A program made the translations under genes and the position numbers. Positions 56,522 to 64,000 of a stretch of 64,000 bases of DNA are shown here, piece after piece. Position 1 is the first letter of the stretch. Every line of letters begins with the position of its first letter. Location of the stretch: assembly GCA_024704765.1 (NCBI GenBank), contig JAKMXF010000310.1, positions 434,001 through 498,000 on the forward strand, given 5' to 3'. The DNA is from Oopsacas minuta. Lineage: Eukaryota; Animalia; Porifera. The notes under the pieces are model-generated. The model searched no databases and had not been told where the DNA came from. It worked only from the letters and a program-made list of their open reading frames with translations.

Positions 56522-58153
56522 ATGATTCATTCCAAGATAATAGAATGTGTACCTAACTTCTCTGAAGGTAGAGATACAGCTGTTATAGAAGAAATATCAA
56601 AATCAATACAGGCTATTCTTGGTTGTACATTATTGCATGTGGATGCAGGAGTTGACACGAATAGGACAGTATACACGTTCGTGGGATCTCCTGATTCTGT
56701 GATTGAAGCTGCATTGGCTGCGTCAAAAGTCGCGAGGACAAGGATTGATATGAAAAAACATTCAGGAGAGCATCCTAGACTAGGAGCACTAGATGTATGC
56801 CCGTTTATCCCAGTAAAGAATGTTTCAATGGAGGAATGTGTAAACTATTCAAAGACATTTGGATCTCGTCTCTCAGCGGAGCTAAACATACCTATATATC
56901 TGTACGAGCAGTCTCAGCAGCTGGAGTACCGTAGACAACTAGCTGATATAAGGAAGGGAGAGTATGAAGGTCTAGCCGACAAGCTTATCAAGCCTGAATG
57001 GAAACCTGATTACGGCTCAACTATTTTTGTACCAGAGTGGGGAGCCACTGTCTGTGGAGCACGTAAGTACCTGATAGCTTACAATGTAAATCTACTGGGG
57101 ACCAAGGAGCAGGCTCATCGTATAGCTCTGAATATCCGTGAGACAGGAAGAGGTCCGAATGAGAGAGGTCTGTTCGATAAAGTACGTGCTATTGGTTGGT
57201 GGCTAGAAGATCGTAATATTGCTCAGATTAGTATAAACCTAGGAGACTGGGAAGTCACCAATTTCCATACTGTATTCGAGGAGTGTAAAAAACAAGCTAG
57301 AGCTCTCAAACTCACGGTTATGGGGAGTGAGTTGATAGGACTGGTACCTCTCAATGCTCTGCTACAAGCCGCGGAATTCTATATACAACAAGATGATTTG
57401 TTTATTATGGATGAGGGTCAGAAGGTGCAACTAGTCGCAGATAGAGTCGGTCTTAATTCTCTTTCTATGTTTGACCCTAGCAAGAGGATAATCGAGTACA
57501 TGCTGACACAGCCTCCTACCCCCCTACTGTCAATGTCTGTAAGAGAATTCATCCAGTCTGTTGGGGGTAGGACTCCTCTACCAGGAGGAGGGTGTGTAGC
57601 TGCTCTGACCAGTAGTCTAGGAGCAGCACTAGGATTCATGTACTGTCAGTTATCTTACGGACAACGTAAGTATTCAGACATAGATCATATAATGCGTGCT
57701 AATCTACCAGTATTAAATAAAGCTCATCAACAGCTAATGCTACTGGTACAGGAAGATAGTAATGCATATGAGAGTATACTAGAGGCTAGTAGGATGAAGA
57801 AGGGAACACCTGATGAGAATGATAAGAGGAATGAAGCTATACAGTTAGCTACCAAGAGGGCTATCAACTCGCCGTTACAAGTGATTAAAATCGCAAGTAG
57901 CTGTTGGGAGTCTTTGATACAGGTAGCAGAGGTTGGTAACGCGAATGCTCTGTCAGATCTGCAAGTTGGCGCTAAGTCCTTAGAGATTGGTATATGGGGG
58001 GCGTGTCGTAATGTAGAGGCTAATTTACCTGATTTGGAAGACAAACAGATGTGCAAAGAGGTGGAGCAGTTATCAGCTCGTTTGTACACAGAAGCACAGA
58101 CAGCTTTTGACAAGATACAGCAGATTATAGCTGGGAGATTACAAGCTAAGTAG
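56522..58153 (+). CDS. FTCD: Formimidoyltransferase-cyclodeaminase, 543 aa
   Basis: ECVPNFSEGRD, HPRLGALDVCPF, GARKYLIAYN, SVGGRTPLPGGGCVAA, SDLQVGAKSLE. Confidence 0.97.
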   Translation: MIHSKIIECVPNFSEGRDTAVIEEISKSIQAILGCTLLHVDAGVDTNRTVYTFVGSPDSVIEAALAASKVARTRIDMKKHSGEHPRLGALDVCPFIPVKNVSMEECVNYSKTFGSRLSAELNIPIYLYEQSQQLEYRRQLADIRKGEYEGLADKLIKPEWKPDYGSTIFVPEWGATVCGARKYLIAYNVNLLGTKEQAHRIALNIRETGRGPNERGLFDKVRAIGWWLEDRNIAQISINLGDWEVTNFHTVFEECKKQARALKLTVMGSELIGLVPLNALLQAAEFYIQQDDLFIMDEGQKVQLVADRVGLNSLSMFDPSKRIIEYMLTQPPTPLLSMSVREFIQSVGGRTPLPGGGCVAALTSSLGAALGFMYCQLSYGQRKYSDIDHIMRANLPVLNKAHQQLMLLVQEDSNAYESILEASRMKKGTPDENDKRNEAIQLATKRAINSPLQVIKIASSCWESLIQVAEVGNANALSDLQVGAKSLEIGIWGACRNVEANLPDLEDKQMCKEVEQLSARLYTEAQTAFDKIQQIIAGRLQAK

Positions 58154-58546
58154 TTAGTAATCTGTATTATTAATATAGTATTAGTATCACTTTTCTATCA
58201 TTCTTAATGACAGTATAATACTTACTTACAATAATATAGTAATTTCCGTATTCCTAGAATCGTAGTTCGGCCCTGAGAGTGGCTAAGAATTGATAATTTC
58301 CCGGGATACATTTGATTAAATACCTATTAGAGTGTAGTCTCGTTAATTAGTGAACATGAATACCTACCCTATGATTATACCCTTCTCAGTGCGTATCTAG
58401 AGAATGCATTCTCAATAATACTATAGTTGATATGTACTCCGGATAAGTAGTACACATCTCTTTTGTTATCTTATACACACACACATATATACATTAACAG
58501 AGTATACAATAAACAATTAGGTTACTCATTTCCTCCAGCTCTAGAA

Positions 58547-60951
58547 ATGAATGGTGAGTTATCTCAGTTCGTATCAGATAGTACTGCAGTATTCCGTATA
58601 TATCTCCTGGACTCATTGAATGCTATTTCATCTGAGACATCTAACGGACATTCTGAACAATTCTCTTATTTCAAGCCTAAATATACTTATCCGATATTTG
58701 GAGACGAAGAATCTATTTTCGGTTACAAAGATTTGATAATCTCTCTCTATCTAAGTTCAGCTAGTCTAGACCCTTTTATAAAGTTACAATTCTCAGAAGA
58801 AGTTAATTACAAGAAATATGGCGTAAAGCCTGATGATATTATCGCTAAAATTAACGAGGTAATTATTTGCGGTCGTATAAGACAGGTTAACCGCCAGTAA
58901 ATAATGGCCGCTATGTCTAGGTGGCCGTTATACAGAGTTAGCCGTTAAGCAGATTTGACTGTATAAATATTATAGTGGTATTAGTACAGTCAACTCCCGT
59001 TATAACGAAGTGATTCTCTCCCCTAAATTGCTTGGAAGTACAGTCAAACTTGTCTATAACGGCCACCAAAGGTACTAGCCAAAAGTGGCAGTATTGTACA
59101 GGTGGCCGCTATATATATAGAAGGCGTTTTATTGAAAATTGTCCCTCTGTAATTGATTTACTCCGCTTACAACGAATTTTGATCATAAAGAAATGAAACT
59201 GCTGTCGTATTATAGCGAATAACTAAATGAATCCGTAATGATTAATTGGCCGTCTGAGGCTATAGAAAGAGGATTGTCAGGCCATCCCTATTCTTACAGC
59301 CCTGTAATTATATAAGCACGCCAGATAGCTCTAGATATTTGGCATGTGGGTTAAAACTACCTATTTGTTGTTGCTTGTTGCTGGTGGCTAAGTTTATGAA
59401 TACTTCTGTCACATAATAGTATTTATAAACTACAAAATTGATTTATTGTTACAAAATAGGAGTTTCCTGTTGTTCCACTACTGAATACAGATGAATTCTC
59501 ATCTCAATTGGATAAGCAGGTCAGATTCCAACCTCACGGGACTCTACTCCATAAGTACAAAGTAGGAGACCGTACCTTCCAGATATACAGAGCTAGTTGT
59601 TATGATCCCGGGTTCCTAGACTATCAAAACAAACTACAGAACTTAATGCTATTATTCATAGAGGGAGCCTCACAGCTGGTTCTAGAAGGAGAAGATGATT
59701 ATTTTCGTTGGTTGTTCTATCTCACTTTTGAGTGCATTCCTGTATCTGGAGGGAATGATAGATTTGTTTTTGTTGGTTGTTTGAATGCTTACAAGTTAGT
59801 TAGATTTGTTTACATTGAATAATTTACTTTTATTCATTCGTCCCTGTAGTGTAGAAATAATTATTTCACAATTCGAATTGTGGAACATTTATTAGGAAAT
59901 TGGAATTTTTTCCTTACAACTCTTTATGGCAATGACCATGTTTACCAACAGAGTTTCATCCAGCAAGTTTTCAGGGTTATCCCTTATCCGCCTAGGGTCA
60001 TAGATTATACATTTTGTATTACGATATAGTCTTGGTAGAATTTCGTACAACCTATACATATATCAGCTGAAAAGCATGTGACTGTAGGTGGGGTTCATAC
60101 GCCTGGATGATACCCTGTTGTTTACCATTCCACTATTTTATATAATATTCATACTCTGACTAAACAAATAATGAAATAAATAAACACAATCTATTTTGAT
60201 ACTGCATATTATCTCTTAGATTCTACTCGTTTCCTGACAAGTTTAGAATTAGAGTTAGTCAGGTGTTAGTACTGCCTCCCTTTCAGAAGCTAGGACATGC
60301 TACCAGATTGATAGAAGCTATACACTCACAGTTAAGAGGAGATTCTACAGTATTTGACCTGGTAGTGGAAGATCCTTCTGATGATTTCGTCCGTTTGAGA
60401 GACTTTATAGACTGTAGAGATGCACTACAGTTTACTTGCTTTCAAAGAGAAAACATCAAACAAAGGTTAGTGATACAAACTGTGATGTGAGTTACATATA
60501 CATATGGACATTTAGTTCTGGTTAAAGAGGGTCCCTAGGTTTAAATCTTGTAGTGCTACCCTAATCAGTAATCTGTTATAAGAATTAATTACATTTCTGT
60601 AGTTTTACAAAAGAAATGGAGGAAGAGTGTAGAGATAAGCTAAAGTTACACTCTAAACAATCTCGTAGAGTACATGAGATACTCAGACTGAAGTACACTA
60701 ACCTCGTGGATAAGGCAGAGTATAGAGAGTATAGAATGTTTATAAAACAGAGACTGAATGCTCCTTTCATGAGGCTTATTAGGAATCACGAGCATGCACG
60801 CAAGAGGTTGCCTAAGTCTGATACCGAAACAGAACTCTGTCTTAACTTGTTTGTACCGAGTTCAGACAGACAGACAGAACTCCACAAGGAATACTCATCA
60901 GTGGAGAGTGAGTATCAGGGAATTATTGCTAAGTTACTCAAGATTGAGTAG
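58547..60951 (+). CDS. HAT1: Histone acetyltransferase type B catalytic subunit. Exons 58547-58858, 59460-59794, 60220-60465, 60603-60951 (413 aa)
   Basis: PIFGDEESIFGYKDL, FIEGAS, RVSQVLVLPPFQKLGHA, VEDPSDDF..LRD, QSRRVHEIL, KQRL. GT-AG junctions in phases 0, 2, 2 preserve frame. Confidence 0.93.
58880..59220. mobile_element. Nested Tigger/pogo-like MITE fragments in HAT1 intron 1
   Basis: TACAGTCAAAC / TACAGTCAACTC termini with ATAACG and GGCCAC/GTGGCC subterminal motifs. Confidence 0.55.
59946..60120. mobile_element. 175-bp MITE with 5-bp TSD in HAT1 intron 2
   Basis: TTTAC|CAACAGAGTTTCATCCAG ... CTGGATGATACCCTGTTG|TTTAC. Confidence 0.7.
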
Positions 60952-61500
60952 ACTCATTTATTAATCAGGTTTGTTCACTCTCTCAGTCAATTCAGCCATT
61001 ATTATATTAGCTTCTTGAGAAGGAAAACTACAGAATAGAATTGTATTATTCTTCTGATTTATGAAAATTTTATTTGATTGTGTAGCCCCGATGGCATTTT
61101 GAAATGGATCACTCATTATTTTACTAACATTTGGTATGTATGATACAGTATTAGAATATTAATTAAGGCTGGGTTTAGCTATATAAAATGTATTTACATA
61201 TTTGTTCTAATTGAAATTCTTGAATGGTCAAAATACTGATAGATTCTCTCCTAAATAAAGGTAAATTAACCAATGCAAAAAAAGGTTACAATTACAAAAT
61301 TATTGAGAATACACTTTAACAAGTATGACACATGTAATCCACCCATGCCTTGTTTTCCCTAATTATATAATGCTATGAATAATTTAAACTGAGGTTGCTT
61401 AAAAATTATTCTGATTGAAATTAAGAAATGCAGTCATGATTAGAGTGAGAAGAGTTTACTAATTAGAAAGATATTATCTAGAAATTTATCGAACGTAGTT

Positions 61501-61836
61501 CTATTTCGGATACATGTAATGCTTGAATAGTGCATTAATCTGAGGCTTAGATAATGTCCCTTCTTGATCTAAATCTAACTTCTTCTTGAGTTTACTCTTC
61601 TGTATTGCATTTCCTGTTTGAATACGTACACAATGCATGAAACGTACTATCTCATTCTTACACAGATCATCATCATACTCTGCTTTCTCCCAGCAATTCA
61701 TCACTGAGTACATTTCTGTCAAACAAACAGGGAGAGCTTGCATCTCTCTTGACCGAGCTATCCTCCATTTCAACTTTAGTGGCCCCTTTTTCGTGCCAGG
61801 AAGGTGAACAGCTCGTAACAACGGAGAAGCTAACAT
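61501..61836 (-). CDS. CHCHD1: CHCH domain protein 1 / mitoribosomal mS37, 111 aa
   Basis: Twin CX9C: CLTEMYSVMNC..CKNEIVRFMHC. Probable start MLASPLL at 61836, 7 nt after a splice acceptor. Confidence 0.8.
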   Translation of the reverse strand: MLASPLLRAVHLPGTKKGPLKLKWRIARSREMQALPVCLTEMYSVMNCWEKAEYDDDLCKNEIVRFMHCVRIQTGNAIQKSKLKKKLDLDQEGTLSKPQINALFKHYMYPK

Positions 61837-62912
61837 CTTTATTCTACATATAATATCAGTATTAGCTATTAACTTAGGCTCAATTCTTACATTAGTAATA
61901 CCAAAGGGAACCTCTAAGAAGTAAACAATTTGGCTGGTACCCAGGGTGTTCACTTGCTGAAGGTTTTCCTGTAGTATATTGATGGCTGCAAGGTAGGGTG
62001 ACGATAGGGTTTTGGCCCAACTCATGTATAATGAAGCACTTTTACAGAAAAAATACTGGAATTCCCTGGACGCCCCCCTGAGGGTCCTATAAATTAATTA
62101 TAGAGAAAGAAAGAAATACGTAGCTGTTATTTACTACATTTTGATCCAATGAATATCATTGAAATTCTCTGAATATCTCCTCTAATTGACATTTACAAAA
62201 GTTTGACAACTGAGGTGCCAGCTGTTCCACATTCAATAATATTTTGCTTCGGTTAAAACTTATGAGTACTAGATAATATTCGAATTAAAATCTTACTCAA
62301 AAGTGTCTATATCTGCATGTTACACTTTAGTATTAATAGTTACAAATATTTACCAAAATTATAAAATATCTGTACAAACCAGTGATTATTTCAAATAATG
62401 ACTGTGATTTGAACACTTAATCTCATAGTACATTAAATGGTAACATTATTTGCATTAGCAAATGTGCTAACAAGCCACGAAACTGCACTAGGCATGGAAA
62501 TGAATAGATATTAGTAGTTTAAACATAACAAATGTTCTAATTATCACGTACGAGACATAAGCAATTTGTATATCCGAGATCTCTCTATTTCTTTGTGACA
62601 GTTTTGTGGTAGAAACTTTGATCTGAGGTATGAATGAATAGAATTTATCAATAGATGCTAATCATCAATTAAATAAGTAAATTTCTTTACAAACTAGTTT
62701 GTAATTAATAATTGAGCCATCATTCGTCATCTCCCATTTGAAATAATTATTTTATCAAATTAACGAACTGTCTCATTAACACTATTCTTTCCTGAAGATG
62801 ATAATGAAGGTCTTTCGCGAATATCCACTAATAATTGAACGCTTTTTGTAAATTTGAATTTAATCAGATTTATAATTCTAACATAATTATTCAATTAGTT
62901 ATTCACTGTTAG

Positions 62913-64000
62913 TTATGTATTATACGGACACTGTCTTCTCTTATGAGAATAATCTTTACAAATATGACATTTACTTCTGGTATCTTCGGGAGCTAGACAT
63001 GCTACATTCACAGGATGGCATACTCTACATCTCAGACAGTGCTTGAAACTCTCTTTTACACATTTCCCGCATGTGTCACAATGGTGATTGCTGCATCCAT
63101 CAGCTGATTCACAGCTGTTACATTTACTACAATGACTTGCATTAGTAAATACAAACATATTGCAATCCTCACAAAACTTATATTCATTAGATCTTGTTGG
63201 TAGTTTGAATTGTTGTATCGGAATATTTGTAAATATTCTAACAGGACTGCCTCTCTTACATTTAGCATATTTATATTCGTATTTTACTCTGTACTGTAAC
63301 ATACAAAAATTCGTCTTTTGTATAATTTCTGTACCATTGAAGTAAGGAAATATCCAAAGAGTAGGTACTCCACCTGTTAGAACTGATTCATTCCAGCCTA
63401 CTAATTTCCACAGTCTCTGTAGGCTAGAATATATCACGTCAACCTTTGCACCAAACGGAATATCTAATACCACAAGAACCAGTGATAATTCGGTAGAAGA
63501 GATGAAATTCTGTAATTTTACTGCTCCATTTGAAGAATAGAAATGTGTATTAAATAGATTGAACCGTTGATATAGATTTGGGTTGAAGAACTGACCGTAT
63601 TTAGGATCTAGGTCTAGTAGGAAAGTACACACATCTCTTGAGCTATCAGATAATATAGATTCGTGTAATGTAGGAGTACCAATACATATAACTCGCTTGA
63701 CACCTAGCTCAGATATATTGTCATTAATAACCTGTAAAGTAGAGGAGGTAAAGTATTCCTGAGCAAATGAAGTCCTCTCTCTGTCAGGAAGGAATATTCT
63801 AGAAGGTTGTAACAGCTGTTGTACTGAAATACACTGTTGTATTGTATGAGTTTTGTGCTCATTTGTCTCATCAGATAAGAGTAGAGTCTCACAAGTTAAA
63901 CATACTCTGCGACACTCATCAGATGTATAATTAATAAAGGATTTGAGACGATTCCGTAATCTCTTCCATTTATTCTTTCTTTTGTTTCTTTCAAAAGTTT
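62913..64000 (-). CDS. ZCCHC4: 28S rRNA N6-adenosine methyltransferase, 5' end outside window
   Basis: Frame open from 64000: CLTC..H..H, QEYFT, VICIGTPTLHE, LLDLDPKY, FNLFN, DIPFG, WIFPYF, SPVRIFTN, DHHC-like Cys array, C-terminal CCHC knuckle CHICKDYSHKRRQC. Confidence 0.93.
   Translation of the reverse strand, partial: TFERNKRKNKWKRLRNRLKSFINYTSDECRRVCLTCETLLLSDETNEHKTHTIQQCISVQQLLQPSRIFLPDRERTSFAQEYFTSSTLQVINDNISELGVKRVICIGTPTLHESILSDSSRDVCTFLLDLDPKYGQFFNPNLYQRFNLFNTHFYSSNGAVKLQNFISSTELSLVLVVLDIPFGAKVDVIYSSLQRLWKLVGWNESVLTGGVPTLWIFPYFNGTEIIQKTNFCMLQYRVKYEYKYAKCKRGSPVRIFTNIPIQQFKLPTRSNEYKFCEDCNMFVFTNASHCSKCNSCESADGCSNHHCDTCGKCVKESFKHCLRCRVCHPVNVACLAPEDTRSKCHICKDYSHKRRQCPYNT

Noticed and set aside
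61837-62025. 63-aa N-terminal extension of CHCHD1
   Set aside because: Contains a GTAAGA..TAG 47-nt intron-like segment whose removal breaks the frame; the downstream ATG gives the expected size. The EVPFG resemblance to ZCCHC4 DIPFG is judged coincidental.
1-64000. tRNA, rRNA, snRNA or SL-RNA genes; prokaryotic origin
   Set aside because: No cloverleaf or rRNA signatures recognised by eye (tRNAscan-SE/Infernal would be needed to exclude them). Spliceosomal introns and metazoan-type genes exclude a bacterial source.

Overview
AT-rich eukaryotic (animal) genomic DNA with two compartments. About 1-28 kb is accessory and transposon-rich: a MULE transposase pseudogene ending in a RING finger, hAT relics, MITEs, a divergent Maf-like bZIP gene, a 6.7-kb intronless gene for a 2234-aa very large GTPase (GVIN1/URGCP-like) with HTH-like N-terminal repeats and a C-terminal vWA domain, an apparently intact Ginger1-type integrase-OTU DNA transposon (TGT..ACA ends, CCGG TSD, one intron) inserted 77 bp upstream of that gene, and a frameshifted Transib/RAG1-core-like transposase. 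About 28-64 kb is a dense, mostly intronless, almost entirely plus-strand run of conserved genes: DUF4139/4140 protein, EOGT, FKBP-TPR protein, class IV sirtuin, filamin/EF-hand orphan, POLR3C, cytochrome c/ascorbate peroxidase, 7TM orphan, COPS8, NGDN, FBXO8, KLHDC1/2-like, ZFYVE21, TMEM129, FTCD, HAT1, CHCHD1 and ZCCHC4 (partial). A near-perfect 1.1-kb palindrome lies between NGDN and FBXO8. The compact, intron-poor, operon-like layout suggests a glass sponge (hexactinellid, Oopsacas/Aphrocallistes-like); this is inference only. No rRNA, tRNA or CRISPR array was recognised. All protein calls are from motif recognition by eye, not database searches.
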